Counted from the first letter of the whole stretch, positions 23,700 to 35,915 are shown. The stretch is DNA of 63,950 nt, filler included, from Basidiobolus ranarum (GCA_040143965.1; 9 parts of 9 records of this genome joined end to end with filler, not necessarily neighbours in it); one strand, 5' to 3'. Program-made: numbers and translations. Notes: generated from the letters alone by a model not told the origin.

Positions 23700-25450
23700 T
23701 TATATATGAATGTGGAGTTGTGTTTTCTGGTTTAAAATCTATTGTATTTGAGAACCTCTTTCTGTTATTCTTTGATTACTAGTGGAATAAGCAAGGGGTT
23801 TCTGATTTTCATACCACCACTAGCACACAATGGAGCTCTTCTTCTTCTGTACTCTGAAGTTAATTTTAACCTTGGACTATCATCTGATCTATAATCAGCT
23901 TACAATAAGGCTCTCCTTTCATATGGTTTTCCCAGTAGTATGCCAAAGGATGGTACATCAGATACAATAAAGAATGGTGATGTTACTTTGACACCTCCAA
24001 TAACCAATGATAGTGCATGACAGACTTCTATCATCTCTCAGAAGCATCATTTGCAGTTTTTGCGGGCCAAGAGACCTCGGCTGAAGTAGGTTTATGTATC
24101 TTGAAGGCATACTCCTAATAGCATTAATTTCTCAGCCTGATTCAATAATACATGCTACTAGTTGATCTTCCATGGTTACTTTGTAAGATCCTGTAGCTAT
24201 GCAGTAGCAAGCTTTTTCTACTTCTAATCTTTGCTGTGCAGGCATACAGGATTTGTATTGATTCTGAGAAATATAATATTCCTCTGGACAATGCAACAAG
24301 TTATTCCTATTTTCTTTCCTTACATGCTTGAAGAGTGCTGGCTACATTCATTGTAGATGTTCCACTGCTGAAAAATATTTTTGTAGGTGATCTGAGAAAA
24401 TGGTGCCTTAGGAACTTATTGATGACCTCTTGTGTGTTGACAGAGTCAGCAAGAGGCATCTGCTACTTGAATCTTTACTTAGTTTCAGTTGGTATATCTT
24501 TTAAAAATGGTTTTATTACTTCAACTTCTGTCTTTGGTCCAGGTTTGAAATTTTTGCTTGGCTTTCAATCCAGACTAGTGTCTTTTCTTTTCTCTATAAA
24601 GCAGTATGCTTCCTTTGCTTCTTCAGGTTCCATCAAATGCTCATGAACCTCATCACAAGGATCAATTTGTGTACAGATAAATCTTTCTCTAACTGGAACT
24701 CTAAAAATAGAGTCTACCTAGAAGTAGTTGCTTCTCTTGATCTCATTATTGGAACTGGATTTATCTCTAAAGAAAGCCATTATATGACCATGTCCCATTT
24801 ACAGCCTTAATGGATCTTCTGGAATATTGCAGATCCTGCCATATTTGTTGATGGAAGCTCTGTTCCGGTCAATATCTGTGTTGAATTCATTGCTGCTTGA
24901 TCTATAGTGTTCTTCAGATTCATATTAGATACTATTCTTTGGCTTAAAAGTACTTTCTCTCCCCAAATACCCCAAGTGCAGGTAGCTGTGTTGAACTTGA
25001 TGCTTTCATTGCACTGATGTTCACTTTAATAACTGAGGCTGAGAAGATCTGAGTACTGAGATAGGTGTCTTCATTTGCTGAAAAATAAAGTCCATGGTAG
25101 AGTGACCAATGTTGAGCTTGCATACCCAGTTTTTGACATCTTCAAAGTCAATAGTTGCTGTAAGTTTCTTGCTGATTGAATCTGCATTTCCTTGGGCAAA
25201 ATGAGGATGCTATAGATGCTTTTGTAATGCTTAGGTCTAGCTATTTTGCCATCAATGTAGTTGGCTACTGCTTCATAGTCTCTGATACAATGAGCTCAAG
25301 AAATGCTTGACTTGTAAACACTCTTCAGATCATTAAGTGTAGGTAGGTCTTCATCTTGCTGACATTAGTATAAGATGGCCTTTTCTGCATCTGCCCACAA
25401 TGGTGTTGCAAGAGACTTGCTCTTGAAGCAGTTGGGTATTTTGGTTGTCA
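23700..25450 (-). mobile_element. Degraded LTR (Ty3/Gypsy-like) retrotransposon gag-aspartic protease relic; boundaries approximate
   Basis: Minus-strand ACIIESG*EINAI (~24121-24155) is a decayed D[ST]GxExN site. It is followed by KTANDASE and LVIGGVKVTSPFFIV...GILLGKPYE (~23918-24010), the retropepsin signature. Many stops. Confidence 0.6.
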
Positions 25451-25829
25451 AGGTGAGTTGAAGTAATAAAAATATTTTAACAATATCCACAAACTACTCC
25501 TAATGTTGCCAATACTAATCAGAAAGAAATCTTATCCAGTTTTCACTTAAATGCATACAAATCCAGTACTTTTAGTCTCTACATTCAAATATATGCCTAG
25601 CTTTGCTGCTACTGATAGGAATTAGACTAAGACATGATTTTATGTTGTATATCTCATTTTGATTTAATTCTCCAATATACTGCTGCAGAAAGAGTATTGG
25701 AAGATTGTTGAACAATAAGTTCATGGTACTTGATGCAAAACTCTGGCTCTGGCTGATCCTGCTTAGAAATATAATCTGAGGCTTATTGCTAGTTCCAAGT
25801 TTGATACTAAATTAATTGTTTGGCAAAAA

Positions 25830-27734
25830 GATATCAGTGAGCATACTGAGTTCCAAACAGGCTCTTGATGGCAGATTCACAGAGCTTGGTGTTATACCTG
25901 GATAGTAGTAATAAATATTCCTGGTAGTGTAAACTGCATTAATCTGACAGAATCTTCAACAAGATAGTGCATTGTGTTCCCAAGAAACTCCAAGTTTACT
26001 AGTGGTGTTGGTATCACCAACACATACATTGATCCTTACTGAAGCCCAAGGATAATTATTGTGAGAAAGCTGTGACAATTGTTACACATACCTGAGTGAC
26101 CATGTACTTACCATCATAAAGTTGTTGCGCAAGATTTGATTTGGATCAATTTTTTCAGCCTCAGGAGTGAAATTGAAAGATCCTACAAAATACTTGCATA
26201 TGATTGACTACAATCTCAGAAAACTATGGATCAATACCTATTTAAAAGATGTAACAAAGTGGTACACATTTTCACTTGAGTACTAAGTTGTCAACTTTGC
26301 AATCTCTAGTTTCTTTGATATATTATTCAAAATATTTTTGTAGATTTTGTCATACCCAATGTTAAGTGCATATCAAACACAACTTTTTACCAAAATCTCC
26401 ATCAAAGGCTACAATTGTATTACTGTTGCTGATTTGACATTCTTTCAGTTATCTGGTGGATATCCTACAACATTGTGCATCTCTATACTGTGTTCTTGTC
26501 CGCAATCTGCATGGTCAACACCAGACTGAATGTCAAGTTGAATGATCTTTTTTTGAAGCTACTTTCTGCATACTTGAATTGCATATTTTCCTTCCAGTTG
26601 TGAAAATACTCTTTCATCACTTTTACAAACTTTTGATATCCATATATTGTGACACTACCTAGTGTGCTTAGTGGTGTATGTTGGCTTTTAGCTTGCCTTC
26701 AAGTTTAGCATTAATTTCAACACCATGAATAGTACCACTTGAGGTTTGAAAGCCATGAGTTTTATTTGCTAATATTTTAGATTATTGAGAGTTACCAAGT
26801 GTTGGATAAACTTCTGACTTTTGCACTCTTCCATCTAGTGTTCTTGGCTCCCTGATAAAGTCAAGCCTTTTGCCACTCCATCTCCTGGTATTTTGAACAC
26901 TGGAAAGCAGATCTTTGTAATTGCTTGAAGAATTTGATAGGTGGGACAGTAGAGCCAGCAATCATTCACTCCTTTGTCTTTCCCTTGGGCTTACTTACAC
27001 TCTACTTCTGGAGTACATTTTTAGGTGCTTTTCTTTCTTTTCCAAGTCAATACTTTTGTACATTTTTTAGATGTTATATGAGTAGGCCAATACTAGCTCT
27101 ACCACCATATGCTTGCAAAACCCAGGGTATGCCTCAATAAATTAGTCCAGAACCTTCTGAGCAATGCCAGGTCTTTGATTTCTACATGATTGGTTCAAAT
27201 GAAGGTGAGATTGGGCAAAATTCCACACAGTTTTCAAAATTTTAAACATTCATCATAAGCAAAAGTGACAGCAGCTCCAAAACTTGGAATCTTTTGGTTT
27301 GCTAACTTTCTTATAAGATTTCTACTTTGTTATATCCAAGCAATTTTGGGTTTTTGACTAGGCTTAATGATCAAACACATATTCTGCTCTGCCAGATTGT
27401 CATGGTGACATTCATATGTATGGTGCGGGATTGATTGAAATTCCATATGAGAGTGAACAGATAGAACAGCACATTGCTGTAGCTGAAGTACAGCATTCTG
27501 AGGGTTTTGTATCACCCTTGAGTGACTTGCCAACCAATGACTGATTGCTTCAAAACACTGCATCAATTGTAACAACACTGCATAATTACTTCTCATAGCA
27601 TGTATGTCAACTCTGCAGCTTTTACTTATGATTGAACACAAATCATTATGGTGTTTGGCCTGAGATTCTCATGTTGTAATGATTCTATCTAAATTGTCTA
27701 CAGAGGGATGTTTGATAGTTGGCAAAGTAGGCAT
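25830..27734 (-). pseudogene. Degenerate gene of unknown family (copy B), inverted relative to copy A
   Basis: Putative ATG at 27734 is in frame with ORF 27330-27641. A later segment, EMHNVVGYPPDN*KNVKSATVIQL*PLMEILVKSCV*YALN, is homologous to 21423 onward. Confidence 0.55.
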
Positions 27735-28234
27735 TTGAAAGTTGATAGTCTTGATGGTGTCTCTGTTGAACTTTGCACAACTATTGATTTACTACATAAT
27801 TGGGGGATTACAATCTCTTAACTTGCACTATTACTAGCAAGGAATGCATCTGCTAAATTGATTAATGCTTTATCATTACTTGATTTAGTTTTGGGCATGT
27901 TAATTTATTCAAAGATAGATAGTGGATAGGTAGATAGCTCTCCATTCTAGTCTTCAATTGTTGCTGCTTTTTTCCTGTACTGCCAGCCAGCTATAGCTTG
28001 GAAGCCAATTTTGATTTAGAATTGAATACTTTTCAATGGCATTGACATATTAGACTAGTTCCATTCTTTTGAGCCAGATCAGGCCAGCTACAAAGTGTGC
28101 CAGCACAAGTTGGTATGATTGGGCACCCCCTGGCAAAATGTTATTTACTATTTCAGAAACTATAATTTTACTTTTATGGTATTTAGGAAAAGTGCTTTTA
28201 GATATTATTGCACATTCAAAAGATGATGAAGGCC

Positions 28235-28447
28235 TTATTCAAAGTGTCTCAAGTCTAGAGCTCTCAATGGATATCTTTGAGTATGAATGTATTGAGAATT
28301 AATCAAGATTTTGACTAATTTGCCTACCTTTAATTGAGGCCCACAACATGATTTTACTCTGTACTTTCCTGCCAAAAGACTATAACTCTTTATGAAACCA
28401 AAGCAATGTTCTACTCTTGCTTTAAAGTAGGAATAAATGTCATTATA
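28235..28447 (-). mobile_element. PIF/Harbinger-IS5-like (DDE_Tnp_4-type) transposase, C-terminal fragment at contig edge
   Basis: 71 open codons: YNDIYSYFKARVEHCFGFIKSYSLLAGKYR..., matching the family motif N-x2-[HL]S-x2-R-x2-VE-x2-FG-x2-K-x-F-x2-L around the catalytic E. Confidence 0.65.
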
Positions 28448-28548
28448 CNNNNNNNNNNNNNNNNNNNNNNNNNNNNNNNNNNNNNNNNNNNNTTAATTAA
28501 TTAANNNNNNNNNNNNNNNNNNNNNNNNNNNNNNNNNNNNNNNNNNNN

Positions 28549-28772
28549 CAGGTGATATCCCAGGAATTGGCGAAGCGGTAGAGCTTGAAGTAACTAACCT
28601 TGGGACCTAGCTCTTTTGCATCCGTCTTTTTCGTGCTCTTTTTTTTATCTCCCACTTTATCGATGTTAGCATCATCAACACCGACACTCAAGGCTTTTTC
28701 ATTGTTCACCGAAATAGCAAGATCCGTATTGTTGTGATTAGGCACATCCTCGATATGCTCTTTGGTGGGCAT
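28549..28772 (-). CDS. ABCB/MDR (P-glycoprotein-like) transporter, N-terminal start (3'-partial)
   Basis: Charged N-terminus followed by KVSYFKLYRFANSWD, the elbow-helix motif typical of full-size ABCB transporters. Confidence 0.8.
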
Positions 28773-30435
28773 AGCTGATTGTAATGTCAGTCACTGGTTT
28801 AATATGGATGCCTGCTGCGAGAAGTATTAAAAAGTGATGGGTATGAAAAATACGGAAGTAAGCGGGAAAAGCGAGGGCAGACTAAGGGAACAGGGTGAAT
28901 GTAATTCAGCTAATAGTGACAACAAATATTGGAGCAGCAAAAAGGATTGGTGGATTTTATAGTACTTGTTGGTTACACCGAACTCTAATTCAAAATAAAA
29001 ATTCCCAGACTTGGAGCAGAGAGAATAAGAGATGATGTATGATCTTCATTCTACCGAGAGAGCCGCAGTGGATGGAAGTAATATACTGTTGTGTAATCTC
29101 ATGTTTGGCTTCACTAAAAGCATACTTATAAAGCTATTACCATATACAAATGTTTTCATGATTATGGCCAGTTTTCGGGATGCTGATCGTACTTGGAAAA
29201 TATATATTTGTGAAACATCTATGGCCGCAATTACGGCCAAAGCAATATTTTCAATCATAACGAGTTTGTTACCTTTTTTATCTTTTACCTTACTCCAAGA
29301 GTTAAAGGCTAAGAGCTCCAATGCCCATAGGAAATTGGAGGAGGCTAAGGAGCTCGGGGGTTGCATATAGGCATTGATAAAAATCAATGTAAAAGTTATT
29401 GAACTTTGCATTCAACCGTGCAAGTGTATGTGTATGTAGATATATTTGTATATGGCTACCGAATAATCGGAATTAGCCGGATCTAGATGAATTTACTTTG
29501 GTTGATATTTCATCATTGATTGTTACTTTGATATGATTCCGGGTGCTTTTTTCCCTGCTTTCTCTCATGTCTTTGCCCAGACTCTCATTGTCGTCATCAG
29601 CTCTCAGGATGCTAATAATGATTTTCCTGGCATTGTCCGTACATATTCCCGATACTTTGCTGGCTTATGATTAATGTTGGCTTTATCGGCAACTGTGATT
29701 GTATGGCCATGACACAGAGTAAGCGATTTATATTTTATTGCGTAATCATATTACATGAGATGGTATCCTGTGGTAAACTTGAGAACAGTACTGGTGGGCC
29801 TAATTCGTGTCTTGCTCTCGATGCTCAGCAGGTGTACGATACAATTTCACATTCCAAATAGAACATTAGAGGCGCACTCTACTAGTGTTAGAAATCAGAA
29901 CACTGTGATTGCATTTGTAGATAGTGAAATGGTAGTTCAGCCATCCACGAAGTAGATAGCAACTATCACATTTCATATATATTACACAGAGTAATGAAGC
30001 AAAGTAAGCAATAGTTCAAAGTATGATGAACAATTTTATAGTGTCAAGTGCAAGTCGAAATCTAATCAAATGATATAGTAAAGAAGTACATGATTATTTA
30101 ATTGAAAAAAACCTTTTCTTCTGTAGCAAGAACCAGTCCTCTAGTTACTCGGGCTGAATATGAATGACTATAATTTCAAGAGCAAACCTCAACCAGAACA
30201 TTAGTGATATTTAGAAGTCAGAAAACCTGGAATTTTATGTGCAGATAGTTCAATGGTAATTCAGTAATCCAGAAAGTAGATAGGAGTAGTCACATTCCTG
30301 TTGTAAGAATTCGAGGTGTTTGGAAGGAGTGTTTGAGAAATAGCCAGTCTGAGAGATGATTGTCCATTGACCAGAAAAAGAATATTAATGCTTTTTGATT
30401 GAAATACAGAATACAAACAATAGGGTTGTGTTAAC

Positions 30436-31259
30436 ATTGTTGAAATTAGCATTGCCTAAACACCTATATAGTCATATATAGCTTAGTACTTATCTTATAT
30501 TTCACTAAGATATTACCCATTATTCTCAAGAGGAATTTACTTAGAATATTGACACCAACTTAGAAGTTCTCAGATATATAGATTTTTCAAACTTATGCTA
30601 GAAGCCCCAGACCTTGCACACATGTTCCTGGGACCTTAGTTTGTTTACATCTTGACAAAACTATAAATGTCAACTTTCTACTCAATACATCAGTAAGTGA
30701 AAACCACCAATTTCTCTAATTCTCCAAACCACTTGCAACAGGCTCCCAAATACTTGCATAACATAAGCTATCCTTGTACCAACTAGTACCACCTTGAAAT
30801 ATCAAATTCTACATTGCTAATTCTTAGTTGAAAACAGAACATACATTTAGGATGTAGGACTAAATAATGTTAGCCAACTTAGATGTGATGTATGAAATAG
30901 TTGTGCAAGTATTTTTGGAGTTGTTGGAAGTGATTTGGGGAACTAGAAGAATTGGTGGTTTTCACTTAATGATTTATACTTTTGTCAGAAGTAGATAAAC
31001 CAACGTGTAGAGTACAAGATTTGGGGTCTTTTAAAATATTGAGACCAAATTGGAAGTTCTCAAGCTTGTCCAAGTAAATCCCTCATGAAGATACTGCATA
31101 TTAACATAGTGGCATTTAGGTAGCTAACTATATGACTATATAGATGCTTAAGCTATGTCATTTTTGTTAAAGTATTTGGGAGCCTGTTAGAAGTAGAATA
31201 ACTAAATACTAAGCTATATATGACTATATAGGTGTTTAGGCAATGCTAATTTCAACAAT
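30436..31259. mobile_element. Foldback/MITE-like element (~820 bp) with 57-bp terminal inverted repeats
   Basis: 30436-30492 and 31203-31259 are reverse complements with 1 mismatch. Further imperfect inner arms (30639-30760 vs ~30890-31010). No coding capacity; a related sequence occurs at 35796-35915. Confidence 0.8.
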
Positions 31260-31482
31260 TTTCAACAACAGTCAAGTGTATAAAGATAGGTACAACAAAT
31301 ATGATATTAAATAAACTTCAACAATCTCATGTATATTACATCAGATTAGCAAATCAAAGCAAGCAATGGCTCCAAGTTTCATGGATAAATTAGTATATAT
31401 ATAAAGCAAAGCAAACGATAACATAATGATTTATTAAATTGTAGATTATGATTAAATAGAAGAACCGCACATTGTTCACAGA

Positions 31483-32406
31483 CTAAAGAAACCTCTCTTT
31501 ATGCAACAAGAACCAATCCTCCATTGACTCCGGCTTTCTTCCCAACAAGAGAGAGAGCGCAGGAGTGATGTAGGCTTCATGATTATATGCAGAAAAAGCA
31601 TAAGCCAGAGAATGAGGAAAGCCAAGTGAAAGGAACTTATTGTACTCCTGTTCTAAGTCAACAGTAGCGTATGTAATAGTTCTACCAAGAGCTTTGGAGA
31701 GTAATTTGGCGCGATCATCTCCACTGATGGCTTCACTACTCATCTCGTATACAGCATCACCATGTTTCTCGATAGGATCTTGCAAAATCACCAATGCAAG
31801 GTCAGAAATATCTTTGGTAGAAATCCAGTCTTTGGTCTCATCTCCAGAAGCAGTTCCAAAGATCATATTCTTGCTCTTTATGGTATTCGCATCACCCATA
31901 TACTGATTGGAGAAAAATGAGGCTGGACGTAAAGCCACATAAGCTCCCCGATTAGGTATGGCCAATATAGACTCCTCAGCATCTCTATGCAGTGTTCCGA
32001 TAATATATGCACGCCAGGGTAGACTCGCACCTATTGAAGATATGTGGACTATTTGGCTTACCCCTGCATCGTATGATAATTTAGCAAAAGCTGAAGTGTG
32101 TATTGCCATATTTTTGAAATCCGATATGAGAAGAAATAATCGAGTATGTCCTTTGATGGTTCGTCTAAATCCATCCATATTCTGATAGTCCCCCTGCACA
32201 AATGATAGATGCTCCGACTCTCCAAAGAGCCGTCTGTGCTTTTCCTCGCGGCGTGCAAACACGGTAGTTGGGATCCCATTAGACAGCCGGCCCCTGACAA
32301 CCTCCTGACCAATTTTACCTGTAGCGCCGATAACTATGGGTTGTGTTAGTTGCAACAATGGAGTACATACAAGTTAATGGAAGTAGTTACCGTATATCTT
32401 TTCCAT
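31483..32406 (-). CDS. NmrA-like / atypical SDR NAD(P)-binding protein (288 aa; exons 32391-32406, 31483-32333)
   Basis: Spliced start MEKIYVIGATGKIG (Rossmann GxxGxxG); intron GTAACT...CTAAC...ATAG; motifs VHISS, LRPASFFSN and ISTKDI. Confidence 0.88.
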
Positions 32407-33525
32407 TTTATAACGTTACCGCTTTCACATCCTAAGTTTATATAGCTGGGACGCATTCGATGGTGTTATCTGTCATGTTCAGCGATTGGTAAGTTATCCA
32501 AACTGCAACTTACGTATTTGAGATTTGATAAGGCTATAATTGGGATATAGGGACCAAAGGACTGAATTTTTATTTCCGAGCCTAATCGGAAATGTAATTT
32601 CGCCATGTGATATAAGATAATATGATTCATTATCCTAGCCTAATGGGACCAAAGTGTGGTGAAAATCAAATTCAAATGCCTACCTGTACATCTTGTGCAA
32701 AACCATCCAAAGACTGATATGTTGACAGTAGTGATTTATTTTTAGCTAACAACTCTTCAATTCTGCGTAAATCCGACACTCGCCCATAAGCTGTGTACAA
32801 TATTTGGAAGCTACTCTTTCTCCATGTGCAGCTTTAATTGTAGAAAATAAACTTTTCCTGCTTATGATAGAAGTAGTCGTTTCATATCTATTCTCAGAGC
32901 TTCACTCCTGAAGTGCTTAAAATCATCACCGAGTTTTATATTGCTACTACACCACCCAACGTATGGTAAACGATATCTGTTGTATGAATATAAGGCGTAT
33001 TCTAGGTTTAGGTGAATAAATTGATTTTCCATTGTATTGCTATATTGTCAAATTAAACCGTTTTTTTTATGCAGGTTTCATTTGATTCTCTATAAATATC
33101 AACAGCAATGAATGTTAATTTTCCATATTTTGGAAAATCCAAGTTCTTGGAACGAGAAAGATTATAAAACCTTTCCTGTAATCTACCGAGTACTAGTTGA
33201 TAATACAAGTTTTAGGAAATTGTACGAAGACTATATTTACTAACAGTAAACAATGAAAACATGGAGTATCAACCTGACTTTACTATTACTCATAGATATA
33301 TATCGAGAACACTGGTGTATAAGATCACTAGTATTGGTCACTGTAATAGATATTGGTTTTCTTTATCTTAAAGGATACTTGCCATTGAAAGCTTACAATC
33401 CTTTCCCGAGGAGTGCTATAGCATAACAAAATAACCTTATTCAGGTTAGTGAACCGATAGCATTAGAGTTAAACATGGGTAGTATATTTTAAAGTTTATT
33501 CAAATTTTTATTAATATTAGTATTC

Positions 33526-33705
33526 AAATTGTAGTTGTATTATTTTTTCGTGAATCATGAGAAATATTATTTTGGGCCACTCTTCTAGCTTTCCTTGGCT
33601 AATTACTTTGTTGCCTCAGTAGTATTTTTTACAAATTATAGTTGTAATATATCTTCGTTAATCATGAGATATATCATTTTGAGTCATGCTGCTAGCTTTC
33701 CTGGC
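33526..33705. repeat. Degenerate ~107-bp-period direct duplication just 3' of the ABCB stop
   Basis: AAATT(G/A)TAGTTGTA...TTCGTxAATCATGAGAxATATxATTTTG...CTAGCTTTCC at 33526 and 33633. Confidence 0.7.
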
Positions 33706-33733
33706 CAGATTAGGGATGTATCGATAGTATTCT

Positions 33734-35560
33734 TCATAAATTTTGTTTCTGGCATAATTCGGCGTAGACACCACCCAAGGCGACTAACTCGTAATGTTTT
33801 CCTGACTCGACAATGTTGCCACCCTTGACTACTAAAATAAGGTCGGCATCCTGAATAGTGCTCAGACGATGGGCAATGACAATCGTTGTTCTTCCTGATC
33901 GAGCCTGATCCAAAGCTTCTTGCACCAGCTTTTCTGACTCAGAATCTAAAGCGGATGTTGCTTCATCCAGCAACAAGATCTTGGGATTACGAATCAGTGC
34001 ACGTGCGATAGCAATACGTTGCTTCTGACCTCCTGATAACTGAGATCCCTTATCACCCACTGATGTTTCATATCCATTAGGCAACGACATGACAAAGTTG
34101 TGAATGTTGGACAATTTCGCTGCGGCTTCAACTTGTTCTTGGGTACCTTCGCCTTCTGGCAAGCCATAGAGAATGTTCTCCCGAATTGAATAATCGAACA
34201 AAACAGGTTCTTGGCCAACAAGAGCCATATGTGAGCGAATGCTGCTCAATTGGAGATCCTTGATATCGTAGTTATCAATGACAGCCTTGCCCTCAATGGT
34301 ATCGTACCAACGCTCCATCAACGCAATGATAGTGGACTTTCCGCATCCAGAAGGACCAACAAGAGCTACAGTCTGTGAGGGTCGAACAGAAACATCGACA
34401 TCCTTGAAGATCTGAATATCGGGTCGAGTAGGGTAGGCAAAGCTGACCTTTTCAAGCCCCATGGCACCCGTAACTTTGTGAATAATGACACCATCTCTGT
34501 CGGCGTCGATAGTTGTATCCTTGTCCAAGAGTTCATAAATGTTGATAGCAGACTGCTTTCCCTTGGCATACTTGGGTAATTCGGCAGTAATATGACCGAG
34601 AGACATTGCCATGAATACAATACCGAACATACACTTGAACATAGCATTCCAAGTAATGATACCTGCTTCAACTAAGCGGTAGCCACCATAAAAACCAATA
34701 GAGTATGACCAGATGCTGACGGCCTGAGAAATAGCGAATCCTATTGATGCAAACAGGGCCTTGTTGATAGCATACTTGTGAGGTTCCTTAGTGACAGCAA
34801 AATAGCGACGTTCAAACTCATCTTCCTTGGCGAGGGATGCAACCGTGCGAATGTTGGCAATAGCTTCACCAGCAACCTGTCCTGACTTCTCATAAGCCTT
34901 ACGAGTCTTCTCACCAAAGCCAGTCAAAGCGGCAATTTCGAGATATTGGGCAAGACCGATGATAGGAACAGCAAGCAAAATAATAAGAGTCATCTGCCAA
35001 GTAGCAGCAAATGCGAATCCGAGACCGCACGCAATCGTTGCTGAGGAGGATACACTAGTCAGTACAACCTGAGAAACCATATCATACATCTGCTGAGCGT
35101 CGGTGGCGAGACGTGAGGCAAGTGCACCGGTACTGTTTTCAGGTTTGTCGAAGAATCCCATTTCTTGAGACAAGATGACGCGATAAGAAATAGATCGCAT
35201 ACGACGCGTCATGCGTTCACCAACAATCATAAATGTAGACATACCACCACAGAACCCGATGAAACCAATAATTGCCAATACAAAGAAGTAAAGGGAATAT
35301 GTGCGGATATGGCCGGTAAAATCATAATCAGGGTCTTGAGATTTATAAAGAGCGGTGAGAGCCTGGGCAAAGACTTGAGAGAAGGTGGGAAACAGAGCAC
35401 CCTGAATAATAGCAAAGAAACAACCAATAATGCAGATGAGGTAATCAGGACGCATGTAGACAAGTGTGCGGCTGATTGGTGCTTTTTGCATCTTGAGCTT
35501 TCGAGCCGCTTCCTTCTTGCGACGAGCCTCGGTCATTTCTTCACCTTCATCAATGTTCAA
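33734..35560 (-). CDS. ABCB/MDR transporter, second half (linker-TMD2-NBD2; 5'-partial)
   Basis: Six TM segments, Walker A GPSGCGKS, Q-loop, signature LSGGQKQR, Walker B LLLDEATSALD and H-loop IAHRLST. Confidence 0.97.
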   Translation of the reverse strand: MNIDEGEEMTEARRKKEAARKLKMQKAPISRTLVYMRPDYLICIIGCFFAIIQGALFPTFSQVFAQALTALYKSQDPDYDFTGHIRTYSLYFFVLAIIGFIGFCGGMSTFMIVGERMTRRMRSISYRVILSQEMGFFDKPENSTGALASRLATDAQQMYDMVSQVVLTSVSSSATIACGLGFAFAATWQMTLIILLAVPIIGLAQYLEIAALTGFGEKTRKAYEKSGQVAGEAIANIRTVASLAKEDEFERRYFAVTKEPHKYAINKALFASIGFAISQAVSIWSYSIGFYGGYRLVEAGIITWNAMFKCMFGIVFMAMSLGHITAELPKYAKGKQSAINIYELLDKDTTIDADRDGVIIHKVTGAMGLEKVSFAYPTRPDIQIFKDVDVSVRPSQTVALVGPSGCGKSTIIALMERWYDTIEGKAVIDNYDIKDLQLSSIRSHMALVGQEPVLFDYSIRENILYGLPEGEGTQEQVEAAAKLSNIHNFVMSLPNGYETSVGDKGSQLSGGQKQRIAIARALIRNPKILLLDEATSALDSESEKLVQEALDQARSGRTTIVIAHRLSTIQDADLILVVKGGNIVESGKHYELVALGGVYAELCQKQNL

Positions 35561-35795
35561 NNNNNNNNNNNNNNNNNNNNNNNNNNNNNNNNNNNNNNNN
35601 NNNNTTAATTAATTAANNNNNNNNNNNNNNNNNNNNNNNNNNNNNNNNNNNNNNNNNNNNTATAGATATAGAGATATTCCTATTTAGAATATAGGGGCTA
35701 TAGATACATTGCTTTCTGTTTCTGATATATGTATCATAACTAAAGTTAACTATGATGTTGAATAAAGATTAGTTATCCAACAATTCTACATGTTG

Positions 35796-35915
35796 GTTTG
35801 TTTACATCTTGACAAAACTATAAATGTCAACTTTCAACTCAATAAATCAATAAGTGAAAGCCACCAATTTCTCTAATTCTCCAAACCACTTCCAACAGGC
35901 TCCAAAATACTTTAA
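35796..35915 (+). repeat. Fragment of the same dispersed repeat as the foldback arm at 30639-30756
   Basis: GTTTGTTTACATCTTGACAAAACTATAAATGTCAACTTTC...CCAAACCACTTxCAACAGGCTCCxAAATACTT is near-identical on two different contigs. Confidence 0.85.

Noticed and set aside
26380-26440. Minus-strand IVAFDGDFGKK resembling the DGNF motif of KDZ transposases
   Set aside because: Comparison with the paralogous copy at 21423 onward shows a different frame is the conserved one, and no other KDZ motifs were found.
27900-28230. IWLKRME and HxFEC-like words suggesting a LINE ORF2 C-terminus
   Set aside because: The motifs are in inconsistent frames, and the adjacent open frame is better explained as a Harbinger/IS5-like transposase.
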